DNA of 64,000 bases from the IMG/VR virus record IMGVR_UViG_3300015371_000017, positions 1-64,000 of that record, one strand, 5' to 3'. Every line of letters begins with the position of its first letter. Within the stretch, counting starts at the first letter, position 1. Under the pieces are notes generated by a model that was not told the DNA's origin, did not search any database, and saw only the letters and a list, made by a program, of their open reading frames with translations. The DNA comes from a virus. The position numbers and the translations under genes were made by a program. Positions 8,736 through 17,543 of this stretch are shown here, piece after piece.

Positions 8736-9320
8736 TCAATTCCGCGATCTCGGTTTGTTGCTTCTTTTGCCCGTCCATGAATAAGAACCATAGGTATCAG
8801 TAGTTCTATGGCACGGCACGCATAGCGTTCTGCCATTATCTATAGCAAACCGAAGTTCTGGGAATAAGGAGAAGGGCTTGATATGATCAGCGTTCAAAGT
8901 CACCGGCTGTCCCTTTTTACTTCTCGCCCCGCACCATATACATCTGTAATCGTCGCGCTCAAATACCGCTTCGCGCCATAATCGGTATTCCCGCGACGTT
9001 CTGATTGTTATACATTCAGGGGTGATCCCACCGCGCCACCGCACGTTCTTTTCGCCTCGCGGTGAATTTGTGTTCCCTTTAGCCGCCCGGCTCAGATTTG
9101 CCCGATGCTCTGCTGAAAACACGCGCCCTTGCATTTTCTTAATTGTTTCGGGGCTATGCTTTCTGCCTTTGCTCGTTGCCCTAATATGCTCAATTACTTC
9201 AGGGTGTGAACGTAAGTAGCGCTTGCGGCTCTCGCTCATTTTACGCTTGACGGCCCCAGGATGTTTCCGGCCTTTTTGTCTATCGCTGCGTCGCTTACGC
9301 TCCGCATCTGAAATGATCAT
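8736..9320 (-). CDS. NUMOD3-HNH homing endonuclease
   Basis: KHSPETIKKM NUMOD3 repeats; VFERDDYRCIWCG...ADHIKPF...NGRTLCVPCH. Confidence 0.9.
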   Translation of the reverse strand: MIISDAERKRRSDRQKGRKHPGAVKRKMSESRKRYLRSHPEVIEHIRATSKGRKHSPETIKKMQGRVFSAEHRANLSRAAKGNTNSPRGEKNVRWRGGITPECITIRTSREYRLWREAVFERDDYRCIWCGARSKKGQPVTLNADHIKPFSLFPELRFAIDNGRTLCVPCHRTTDTYGSYSWTGKRSNKPRSRN

Positions 9321-9332
9321 TTTAGTTCTAAC

Positions 9333-10178
9333 TCAGCGCCTTCTTTTCATCTGTGCTTGTAACCGCTTAATTATAGCACCTTGCTCTGTTATTGCTTTTT
9401 CTTGTTTCTTCACTATCTCAAACAAATAGGAAACCATCGCAGCCTCGCGATTGGAATAAGGCTTGCCCTCGTTGTCATAATTAACTAACTCAGGATCGAC
9501 GGTAGCGAGACTTTCCGCGCTAAAACCAACAACATCCCTCGCGCCGTTTTCTTTGTAATCCCAGCGGATAGGCTTGAGACTCAGAAAAGCGTTTATTGCT
9601 TGAGTATTCGGATGCCACTCTCGCACGTTCTCTTTGAATCGCAAAGATGAAGTTAACGGGCGAAGCACATTACTACCATCAATGATTACCGCCGTGCCTG
9701 TTGACGATGTTGCAGTGGTAGTAAAGGCTGGGGAAGAAACCGATGCCGTAAATGTCGCGCCATTCGTGGCTGTAAATGTGAGTGTGCCCGCTCCGTTGTT
9801 AACGGTCATACGAGTGCCGCCACCCACTCCATAATCACTTGCGCTATTCGTGGTAGTTAGAAACGCCCCACTAGACGAGGAGAATGAGTTTGCTGTGACA
9901 TTGCTTGTAGTGGAAACCGTCCCCGCACCATCATCAGTAATAGAACTAGCAACTAAATTAGTTCCATCACTTTTGGTGACGACATTTGCCCCTGCGCTAT
10001 TTGTTATTCCGCCTCCACCTGTAGCTCCTGAAAAGCCCGATTTACCAGAAAACCCAGACGTGCCGCTGAATCCCGATGTACCACTAGCCCCAGCCGCTCC
10101 ACTCGCGCCAGAATACCCAGATGTTCCACCTCCGCCGCCTCCGGGGTTCTCTCCCGGCCCGCTTTGTTGTCCTGCCAT
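9333..10178 (-). CDS. tail fibre with Gly-X-Ser repeats and a C-terminal S74 intramolecular chaperone
   Basis: GTSGYSGASG repeats; TSSLRFKENV...L.PIRWDY...VGFSAE; coiled-coil end. Confidence 0.8.
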   Translation of the reverse strand: MAGQQSGPGENPGGGGGGTSGYSGASGAAGASGTSGFSGTSGFSGKSGFSGATGGGGITNSAGANVVTKSDGTNLVASSITDDGAGTVSTTSNVTANSFSSSSGAFLTTTNSASDYGVGGGTRMTVNNGAGTLTFTATNGATFTASVSSPAFTTTATSSTGTAVIIDGSNVLRPLTSSLRFKENVREWHPNTQAINAFLSLKPIRWDYKENGARDVVGFSAESLATVDPELVNYDNEGKPYSNREAAMVSYLFEIVKKQEKAITEQGAIIKRLQAQMKRRR

Positions 10179-10189
10179 AACTTTCTCCT

Positions 10190-10570
10190 TTAGAAGCCGT
10201 CAAAAACGAGGTCGCCAGTAGTTCCGCTGACGCTGTAAAACCAGACCCGCGACGGATCGACAATCCCTCGACAGAAATCATCTAGCCCAAACTTGAGCGT
10301 CGCCGCCGCAAGAGCGCCTTGGTAAACTCGCGGAGGCCCAGCACTGGCAGCATCCCGCACGTATTCATCGTGGCCTACATATACATCGCCTGCGGGGAGA
10401 ATGCTTGCCCCATTGCCCTCAAACGAATCAAGAGACGGAATGGTGGTGATAGCGTTGTTTGCGCCAACCTCATAGCCCCAGCCAGCAGTCCGCATCAGTG
10501 TTTCCATTGATACTGCCGTGGCTGCGGGGATCGCTACATTTTCCGAAAACCACTTCCTAGAACTAGCCAT
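10190..10570 (-). CDS. putative virion protein
   Basis: GGAG RBS; lies between the spike and fibre genes. Confidence 0.55.
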   Translation of the reverse strand: MASSRKWFSENVAIPAATAVSMETLMRTAGWGYEVGANNAITTIPSLDSFEGNGASILPAGDVYVGHDEYVRDAASAGPPRVYQGALAAATLKFGLDDFCRGIVDPSRVWFYSVSGTTGDLVFDGF

Positions 10571-10580
10571 AATTTGCTCC

Positions 10581-13019
10581 TCACTGTTCGTACCACACGC
10601 CGCCGAAGCGGGTGTAGCTCTTGATTGTATTTATCACTGGAGTCACGTTTGCTCCAGTTTGATTATTGATCGTTGCTCCTTGCACGATGGTTGAGTCTGC
10701 CGTAGTAAATCTTACGATGATTGTCTGTCCGTCTACTCCGCCGTTAAAGTTTGTGATATTCGTAGGAGCAGTGTTTGAAGCATTAAACAGCGACGCATTC
10801 GCCACGCTAGGACTAGTGTCCTCGTCCACAAAAGTTGTCGGGGAGTTGCTGATGATATTTGCACTTGCGGAAGTCAGCACCCCTAAATGCGTTAACGATC
10901 CGACTGTCGCCCAGGTAATCGGATTTGCTCCTGAATCGGTATAGCGGTAGCCGATGGTTGGCGTGCCTTGGATAGATAAATACACATCCCATGAAGCTTT
11001 AGTCGTGTCTGTGCGATTCCAGTTTGTTCCGTCATAATAAGCGTTTACAGTGAAGTGAAGATCGCCGTCCACAATTTGAGGAGAGCCGTTTCGGACAATA
11101 TGGTTTCCGCTGACTGGGTGTTCAAATACTGAACCTTCAAAATACTGGTTTACTATCGTGAGTAAGGTTGTATTTGAAGTAAGAACGTCCGCCGTGCTTC
11201 CCGATGCGGCGATCACCAGAACATACTGTAAGCGTCCCCTTATTAGCCCATTACTAAGTTCGCTTATTTCGGGTGATGAATACGCATACCACGCAGACGG
11301 CCCGCTTGTTCCGTTCACATATCGCTCAATGTACAGATTGAGATCAATTACTGTAGGCTGCGTGACTTCTAAAATTTTGGGGCATAGTTCAATGATGAAG
11401 TCGCCAGATAGAGGTCTAAAGCCCCGCTGCCCAAATAAAGCTGTACCACATTTGGAAATTGAAACTCGGCCATTAGTACGCGTATGCTCGGAGATCGATG
11501 CTCCATAGTAGTACCCATAAATAGAAACATTCTCTAATAAGCTTTCACTGAAGTTGGAAACAGACGGCATGTAAACGCCTACCGCCTCGCTGTGGGTTGG
11601 TTGGCTAGCAGAAGGAAATGCTATTCCCGTATCAACCATTACGTTTTTCAGGGTCGCATCAATAGCGTTGTGAAACTGAACTCCTCCCAGAGTTGGGTTG
11701 TCTGCTGTGCGCCAGCAGATGTTCTCCACCACAGGCACTACAGCATTAAAGGTCGTGGGATCGTTGAAGGTATCGCCTAAGGCGTGAGCCGCAATGATAG
11801 CGGGAGCGGTTCCTGAGCCAGTTGACGATCCGGCTTTGATGATGACTCCGGTAGAGGGAAGCGCACTGCCTGTGCGGGCGACTACTTGCCCTAAGAAGTG
11901 CATAGTGATAAGCGGGTTCCCATAAGCATTATTGGGAATGGTTAGGAGTGAGTTGTACGTTCCATCTAAAGTGCCATCTACGATGTAGATTCCCACCGGG
12001 AAATAGACTATCCCTCCCCCGGCGCTAAACACCGCCGCGATAGTCGCTTGAATGGCTGACTTGGAATTGGTCGAGTTGTCCCCGACTGCGCCCCACCAAC
12101 AAACCGAATAAGGCTGACCTGCTCTGTTTCCCGAAAGGCTAATCGTACCTTGACCGGCGGCTGAGTTATAAAAGATTTTCTGATTCAGAGGGGCGCGAAT
12201 GAATCCCGCAATCGTGATCGTGTTTCCTGTGGTGACGCTTAGACTCCCTCCTTGAAACTCTAAGGTCAACGTACTAGGGACACTAACCGTGGTGGCGGTC
12301 ATTTGCTCCGTGACAACTAAAACAGCCGTAGTGCTCCCAATCGCCGTGATTGCCGCGTTGAAATTAGCGAACTTACTTGCGTAGTAAACGGGCGGCGCAA
12401 CTCGCGCATCGTCATTTGAAACAACCTGAGAATCATTAGTGGTAGTTGTAACAATCCCCGCATTCGTTATAGATGCCAGGTCGTTTTTGCCCACAGCAAT
12501 GGGGAAGCCCGGATCGGCAGCATCTACGCTGATGGCCGTCATGCCAATTTGCGTGACCGAGGCTGTCCGTAGATTCCCTATTGCCTGATCGATCCACGCC
12601 CTTACTTGTACGTCAGTAGGTGAAGTAGCAAACAACTGCATGGGAAACTGCGTAAATAATGTCAGCAGTTCCCAAGTCGTAGTAGATGGAGTTGCAGGGA
12701 CTCCGAAGTTCTGAAGCAACGTCGCTACACTCCGTCCTTGTGCCCAGATTGTCGCGGCGTATAAGGCTACGGGAAGTGAAGAATCCGACGTTGAATCAAT
12801 CACAATGGACGGGATATTCAACACCGTGCCACTGTTGGTGAGAGTTAAGGGGACTTCGACATAAAACGCTCCTGCGCCATTACCAAAAATAGGTAGGACT
12901 AATTCACCTGTAGAAGCATAGAACGGACTGAGGGAAGCAATTTGCAGGGTGGGATCGTCGCCATCTTCGACGTGCCATGATGGAGTGGTGATTAACGGCT
13001 GTATGGTGATTTTAGCCAT
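10581..13019 (-). CDS. tailspike/depolymerase with pectate-lyase-like beta helix
   Basis: WWGAVGDNSTNSKSAIQATI...GGGIVYFPVGIY motif; beta-rich body. Confidence 0.8.
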   Translation of the reverse strand: MAKITIQPLITTPSWHVEDGDDPTLQIASLSPFYASTGELVLPIFGNGAGAFYVEVPLTLTNSGTVLNIPSIVIDSTSDSSLPVALYAATIWAQGRSVATLLQNFGVPATPSTTTWELLTLFTQFPMQLFATSPTDVQVRAWIDQAIGNLRTASVTQIGMTAISVDAADPGFPIAVGKNDLASITNAGIVTTTTNDSQVVSNDDARVAPPVYYASKFANFNAAITAIGSTTAVLVVTEQMTATTVSVPSTLTLEFQGGSLSVTTGNTITIAGFIRAPLNQKIFYNSAAGQGTISLSGNRAGQPYSVCWWGAVGDNSTNSKSAIQATIAAVFSAGGGIVYFPVGIYIVDGTLDGTYNSLLTIPNNAYGNPLITMHFLGQVVARTGSALPSTGVIIKAGSSTGSGTAPAIIAAHALGDTFNDPTTFNAVVPVVENICWRTADNPTLGGVQFHNAIDATLKNVMVDTGIAFPSASQPTHSEAVGVYMPSVSNFSESLLENVSIYGYYYGASISEHTRTNGRVSISKCGTALFGQRGFRPLSGDFIIELCPKILEVTQPTVIDLNLYIERYVNGTSGPSAWYAYSSPEISELSNGLIRGRLQYVLVIAASGSTADVLTSNTTLLTIVNQYFEGSVFEHPVSGNHIVRNGSPQIVDGDLHFTVNAYYDGTNWNRTDTTKASWDVYLSIQGTPTIGYRYTDSGANPITWATVGSLTHLGVLTSASANIISNSPTTFVDEDTSPSVANASLFNASNTAPTNITNFNGGVDGQTIIVRFTTADSTIVQGATINNQTGANVTPVINTIKSYTRFGGVWYEQ

Positions 13020-13026
13020 TGTTTAT

Positions 13027-13068
13027 AAAACTGCGCGACCCGCATACTGAGACACGGATCGCGCAGCA
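13027..13068 (-). terminator. intrinsic terminator/hairpin
   Basis: CTGCGCGA...TCGCGCAG stem followed by TTTT on the minus strand. Confidence 0.5.
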
Positions 13069-13100
13069 AAAGGAGAAACGTGTGTTGCGCGCCGCTCTCC

Positions 13101-13415
13101 CTAAGAAGTCCTTCCGGTCAGATACCATGTATTGAGGCCATCGCTCTCGCAGTAACCAATAGCACCATCGGTAATAGCAATGGTTGTATCGTCATTTCCG
13201 AAAGTGTCAGGACTCGTCACCGCCACTGTAGTTGCTGCGCCCGCTCCTACCACGCGGATGATGTTATTCCCCTGTTCCAACGTACAAGTGCGAGCTAATG
13301 GCAGAGTGATCGTCTTGCTGCCCGCGGTAACTTTCACAACGTCTGTTCCTGCGGTGACAGTCAGATTATCAGCCGTGGAAACAATTACTTGAAACGGACT
13401 TCCGAGTAATGACAT
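13101..13415 (-). CDS. putative virion decoration protein, paralog 3 (no repeats)
   Basis: shares the T(V/L)...D.V...TLP.A..C domain with the next two genes. Confidence 0.65.
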   Translation of the reverse strand: MSLLGSPFQVIVSTADNLTVTAGTDVVKVTAGSKTITLPLARTCTLEQGNNIIRVVGAGAATTVAVTSPDTFGNDDTTIAITDGAIGYCESDGLNTWYLTGRTS

Positions 13416-13464
13416 GACAGTTCTCCTTGATTAGCGGGGCAGCCTATATCACCCCGCCTTTGAA

Positions 13465-14016
13465 TTACGCGCCAGAGACGCCTGAGAATCCAGACTTGCC
13501 TGATGCCCCAGAGAATCCAGAGATACCCACAGCGCCAGAGACTCCTGAAGTCCCGCTAGCACCGCTGGCTCCACTAGCTCCGGTGAACCCGCTGGTTCCT
13601 ATGGCTCCCGAAACACCTGTGAATCCAGAGACTCCCGTGAATCCTGAAACACCTGTAAAGCCCGATTTACCCGACGCCCCGGTGAAGCCGGAAGTTCCAG
13701 CAACCCCGCCACCGCCCGTACCTGACCATGTAGCAGTTCCATTGCTGGTGACGGTCACAACCTGTCCCGGCTCGACAACTCCAACTCCAACAAGGTTGTT
13801 ACCAGAAGGAACGACAATGGTGACGTTTCCTACGGATGACGCATCGGAACGGATTTCTTTCTCACTCCGCTGATTCATCAAATTACACAATCCCGCAGCC
13901 GGAAGCGTGGCGTTACGTCCAGTGGTGATTAGGAATGTAATCACATCATCAGCAGGGAGAACTGTATAAGCTGCGTCTCCCGCTGCAATTTCCCGCGTGT
14001 ATGGTGAATTCAACAT
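13465..14016 (-). CDS. putative virion decoration protein with Gly-X-Ser/Thr tail, paralog 2
   Basis: N-domain YTVLPADDVI...TLPAAGLC plus collagen-like triplets. Confidence 0.75.
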   Translation of the reverse strand: MLNSPYTREIAAGDAAYTVLPADDVITFLITTGRNATLPAAGLCNLMNQRSEKEIRSDASSVGNVTIVVPSGNNLVGVGVVEPGQVVTVTSNGTATWSGTGGGGVAGTSGFTGASGKSGFTGVSGFTGVSGFTGVSGAIGTSGFTGASGASGASGTSGVSGAVGISGFSGASGKSGFSGVSGA

Positions 14017-14030
14017 CGCTAATCTCCTTG

Positions 14031-14606
14031 TTACGGTCTGGCTCCAGAGAAGCCACTAAATCCGCTTTGACCAGAAACTCCAGAGGTTCCCGAAGCGCCT
14101 ACCGCACCACTCGTCCCAGAGGTTCCAGCAAAGCCGCTCGTTCCGGCAAAGCCACTGATACCACTGACTCCGGTAGTACCTGAAAATCCCGATGTCCCTA
14201 CGAAACCCGACTTACCTGACGATCCAGTAAACCCTGACGCCCCAGAACCGCCGCTGTACCCAGAGATACCCGAAGTTCCCACACCACCATTGATCGTCCA
14301 GATATTCACTCCATCACCTGAGCACGTTGCTACTTCACCTGCCGCTAAGGTCTGTGCAGCGCTAGAAGCAGTCGCACCAAGTAACGTATCTCCCGACTGC
14401 ACAGCAATAGTGAGAGTATTCGAGGACGTAGAATCATTCGAGATGACTTTTTTATTCAGACCTGAAATAACTGAGCATTGAGAAGCGTGAGGAAGCGTGG
14501 CTGTCTTACCTGTGGCGATAACGAAATTAACCACCTTGTCGGCAGGGTCTAACGTATAATTGTTGGTCTTCGCTTCAAATACAGAATATTGATCGATTGG
14601 TGGCAT
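14031..14606 (-). CDS. putative virion decoration protein with Gly-X-Ser/Thr tail, paralog 1
   Basis: N-domain YTLDPADKVV...TLPHASQC plus collagen-like triplets. Confidence 0.75.
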   Translation of the reverse strand: MPPIDQYSVFEAKTNNYTLDPADKVVNFVIATGKTATLPHASQCSVISGLNKKVISNDSTSSNTLTIAVQSGDTLLGATASSAAQTLAAGEVATCSGDGVNIWTINGGVGTSGISGYSGGSGASGFTGSSGKSGFVGTSGFSGTTGVSGISGFAGTSGFAGTSGTSGAVGASGTSGVSGQSGFSGFSGARP

Positions 14607-14618
14607 TGTGAATTCTCC

Positions 14619-15098
14619 CTAGAGCGAAATCGGAGCCAATGAAGCCCCGATGCCTGCGATATTTGAAGCAGTTGACCACGGGGACTCGCTTTGAACAGTT
14701 GTCCCGCTAGTTGTCCCTGATTGAGTACCTGACGAAGTACCTACACTTCCTCGCGTGAGCCCAGCAAGAGCAAGATTCTTAGCTTGATTGATGCGATTTA
14801 CGTCATACTGTCCGGCCCGCGTTTCTGCTCCCGCCTCTTGCATTAATCCGCGCTGCCCAGAACGCCTAATGGCATCCCGAATCGCTGGCGAGACATAGCC
14901 TCCAGTGGGATTAACGAGCGATTCGTTTAGCTGGCGCTCTTTCTCTCCCAGCCTATAACCTATTGATGGGTCGATTTGTGCGCGGTCTGCGCGAGCGGCA
15001 ATGATGTCTGGAGTGTCAGGGACAGATGTGGTATTAGTCCCACTGTAGTTAGTGGTTGATGTTCCGGTACTCTTTTGTTTTTTGTCGCTGAGGCCCAA
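14619..15098 (-). CDS. putative internal/ejection virion protein
   Basis: S/T/G-rich ends and amphipathic C-terminus typical of podovirus pilot proteins. Confidence 0.5.
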   Translation of the reverse strand: MGLSDKKQKSTGTSTTNYSGTNTTSVPDTPDIIAARADRAQIDPSIGYRLGEKERQLNESLVNPTGGYVSPAIRDAIRRSGQRGLMQEAGAETRAGQYDVNRINQAKNLALAGLTRGSVGTSSGTQSGTTSGTTVQSESPWSTASNIAGIGASLAPISL

Positions 15099-15106
15099 TT
15101 AAGGGT

Positions 15107-15598
15107 TCACCCACGGTAGCCATATTTGACGAATTCCTTCATCACGGCGGGAAGTGTACCCGAATGCGCCGCGTCTTGTCCAGCACTTTGTATCGCTAAG
15201 ACACGCCGTTCGCCCTCAGCGAATCCTAATGACTCTAAGTATCGTTTTAGGGCTAGATTCCGCTTTGTGACCCATGCATTCAGTTCGACTGCTCCATTTT
15301 CCATGAACGCATCTCGAATCTTCAGCCCTGCCTCGACCAAGGTTTCCCTTGAAGTTCCTCGCTTGGAAGTGAAATGCGCCGAAAACTCACCGGGCGAATC
15401 CTCATAGAGAAGGAACATGGCGAAGTATTCACCGTTAAATACTCCAATGGTTATCTGATGGGGATCGTCACTGAGTAAGTCTTCCAAGGTAGATTCGTTT
15501 GCTCCGACATGGCGTTTACGCCGTCGCCACTTATGGGCTTCGCGGAATAGTTCGGTATCTTTGGCGGGATCGAGAATTCTTAATTCTATGCTTGACAT
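15107..15598 (-). CDS. GNAT-fold acetyltransferase-like protein
   Basis: AWVTKRNLALKRYLESLGF.EG motif; typical position beside podovirus internal proteins. Confidence 0.65.
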   Translation of the reverse strand: MSSIELRILDPAKDTELFREAHKWRRRKRHVGANESTLEDLLSDDPHQITIGVFNGEYFAMFLLYEDSPGEFSAHFTSKRGTSRETLVEAGLKIRDAFMENGAVELNAWVTKRNLALKRYLESLGFAEGERRVLAIQSAGQDAAHSGTLPAVMKEFVKYGYRG

Positions 15599-15620
15599 TA
15601 GCGAAGCGGTTCGGTATTGT
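15592..15620 (+). promoter_or_regulatory. promoter of an inverted moron (leaderless first gene)
   Basis: TTGACA-17-TATTGT, 7 nt before ATG 15628. Confidence 0.65.
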
Positions 15621-15627
15621 TCTTCAC

Positions 15628-15825
15628 ATGGAAACCAAATCATCAATGATAACAACGAGAGTTCAGCATCTTCTTAGTTCCTATAAGCTTTACGAAGAAG
15701 CGTGGAATCAACGTCCTAGACGTTCGGGATTTATCGACCAGCAACTTGAGGTAATCGAGAAGCATGAATTTATTCGCACTATGGCAATTTTAGACGCTAC
15801 GCAACCACATAGTGATGAAAAGTAA
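15628..15825 (+). CDS. moron gene 1, hypothetical
   Basis: 65 aa from ATG 15628, directly after the promoter. Confidence 0.5.
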   Translation: METKSSMITTRVQHLLSSYKLYEEAWNQRPRRSGFIDQQLEVIEKHEFIRTMAILDATQPHSDEK

Positions 15826-15937
15826 AGTCTCGCAAGCTGCCGCCATTTTAGGCCGCAAGGGTGGCAAGGTAAAGAGCGAAAAGAAGAAGGAAGCCGCACG
15901 GCGAAACGCTAAACTTCCAAGAAAGAGGAGGCAATGA
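15815..15937 (+). CDS. moron gene 2, 40-aa basic protein (not in ORF track)
   Basis: MKSKVSQAAAILGRKGGKVKSEKKKEAARRNAKLPRKRRQ. Confidence 0.6.
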   Translation: MKSKVSQAAAILGRKGGKVKSEKKKEAARRNAKLPRKRRQ

Positions 15938-16113
15938 TTTCAACTACAACTATCATCGTAACGGTTGTGATTATGCAAATCTTATTTGCCCTTGATGTTG
16001 CCTGCTACTTCAAAGCTACTTATCCTGCTCGGCAACGATTTATGTACGTGCCTATCGTTGGTGGTTTTATTGCTTTGCTGGCTTGCGGCAAGCAGTCTCA
16101 GCGGCGCGGTTAG
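15934..16113 (+). CDS. moron gene 3, 59-aa membrane protein (not in ORF track)
   Basis: GGAGG RBS, ATGA coupling, two hydrophobic segments. Confidence 0.5.
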   Translation: MISTTTIIVTVVIMQILFALDVACYFKATYPARQRFMYVPIVGGFIALLACGKQSQRRG

Positions 16114-16569
16114 AATTCTTTCCACTGCCCACACTGCTTGTCTAGCGGGGACAAATACAGACGGATCGTGAGGTTCGTTGTGCCAGTCACAATACTGAAA
16201 TTGTCGGAAGTTCTTCTCGCTGACAAAGAGATTTTCGTTTTCAGGATAACCGAAAATGTAAGGCGAACTCTTGCCCCATAACACTACGCCGTTTTTCAGT
16301 TTGTAATACGCGCATAGATGCGGCAGGAAACTATCTACGCTCACCCAGACATCACACTCGCCCACCAAGTCTCGAATCCGTGTTAAAGGTAGACCAATAC
16401 GGAATTCGTCTACTCCTTCAATTCGCTGCTCGCCTTGAATGCCAATCTGGATAATATGATGCTCGTTGGCTTTCAGCATGGTAACAAGTTCGGGCCAGTG
16501 CGGATATTCCTTGGCGGACTTCGCGCCGCTTGGAAGTTTAGCAGGGTATGGCGCGATTAAAATCTTCAC
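15982..16569 (-). CDS. GT9 (heptosyltransferase-like) C-terminal Rossmann half
   Basis: KEYPHW.EL, IIQIG, VSVDSFLPHL, VVLWG.S.P..FGY; GTG start overlaps the GIY-YIG stop. Confidence 0.8.
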   Translation of the reverse strand: MKILIAPYPAKLPSGAKSAKEYPHWPELVTMLKANEHHIIQIGIQGEQRIEGVDEFRIGLPLTRIRDLVGECDVWVSVDSFLPHLCAYYKLKNGVVLWGKSSPYIFGYPENENLFVSEKNFRQFQYCDWHNEPHDPSVFVPARQAVWAVERILTAPLRLLAASQQSNKTTNDRHVHKSLPSRISSFEVAGNIKGK

Positions 16570-17540
16570 GCCGCATACCTCCACACATAACCCTTAGATG
16601 TTTCCCAAGTACCACGACAGCATTGGTTGATATTCCGCGCTCCCGTTGTTCTAGCGGCGATCTGGATAGAAGGGTAAAACGCTACGATTCCGTTCTTCGG
16701 ATCGATTTGAACAACAGCCCTACGGCGGGAAGGGTAAACCAATCCTTTATGTGCGGTGCTTATATTGGCCCGTGCTTGAGCATCCATGCACCGACCTTTA
16801 TTCCACGCTCCCATCAACCCCTTAGTGCCCTTATTCCACGGTACGCGGCCTTTAAGCGAGTTATTCAGTTTTCGTCTAGCCTCTTCGCTCATTGGGACGC
16901 CTTTATTCCAGCTAGGAATACCTACCTTTTTACCTTTATTGGACGCGCTAATTTTTTGTCGCGTTTCAGCCGTAACTATTCGGCCCTTGTTCGCTTCACT
17001 GATTTTCTTTTTATGTTCATCTGTTAGAGGCCCGAAAGTTTGAGCCGCTTTCCATTTAGCAATATGCTCTGGCGATAATTTTCTGCCAGTTAGTGCCTTA
17101 CTTACCTTTGCGTATGTTTCGGGTGTTCGGATGCGAATTCGTTGGGCTGCGCTAATTTTGGCTCTAACTTCTGGAGGGTGCTTGTGACCCATGTGGGCTT
17201 TGCTGAGTTTAGCTCGCATCTCAGCAGTTTGGAATGTTTTATGCGCCGTGGGCCAGATATTATAACCATGCGCTCTTTTGGCAGCCTTGTGTTTATCAAG
17301 GTACTCTTGCTCTATATTTAATAGGGCGCTTTCTTCACATTGTGCCAAGATAACAAATTCAAACGCAGCTTCGCCGTGGCGATTAAAAGCATTTTGAAAA
17401 TAGTCGTTATCGTGAACGCCGCGTCTCAAAAGGCTAAGGTGGGTTCTCTTGCGGCTTTCAATCCAATTACTACTGCCAATATAAACTTTTCCGTCTATCG
17501 TATTTCTAAACCAATAGACTCCGCATGTACGTGTCTTCAT
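16566..17540 (-). CDS. GIY-YIG homing endonuclease with NUMOD3/NUMOD1 domains
   Basis: GVYWFRNTIDGKVYIGSS; H.N...Q.AFN.HG; YNI; NUMOD3 and PWNKG repeats. Confidence 0.9.
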   Translation of the reverse strand: MKTRTCGVYWFRNTIDGKVYIGSSNWIESRKRTHLSLLRRGVHDNDYFQNAFNRHGEAAFEFVILAQCEESALLNIEQEYLDKHKAAKRAHGYNIWPTAHKTFQTAEMRAKLSKAHMGHKHPPEVRAKISAAQRIRIRTPETYAKVSKALTGRKLSPEHIAKWKAAQTFGPLTDEHKKKISEANKGRIVTAETRQKISASNKGKKVGIPSWNKGVPMSEEARRKLNNSLKGRVPWNKGTKGLMGAWNKGRCMDAQARANISTAHKGLVYPSRRRAVVQIDPKNGIVAFYPSIQIAARTTGARNINQCCRGTWETSKGYVWRYAA

Positions 17541-17543
17541 CGC

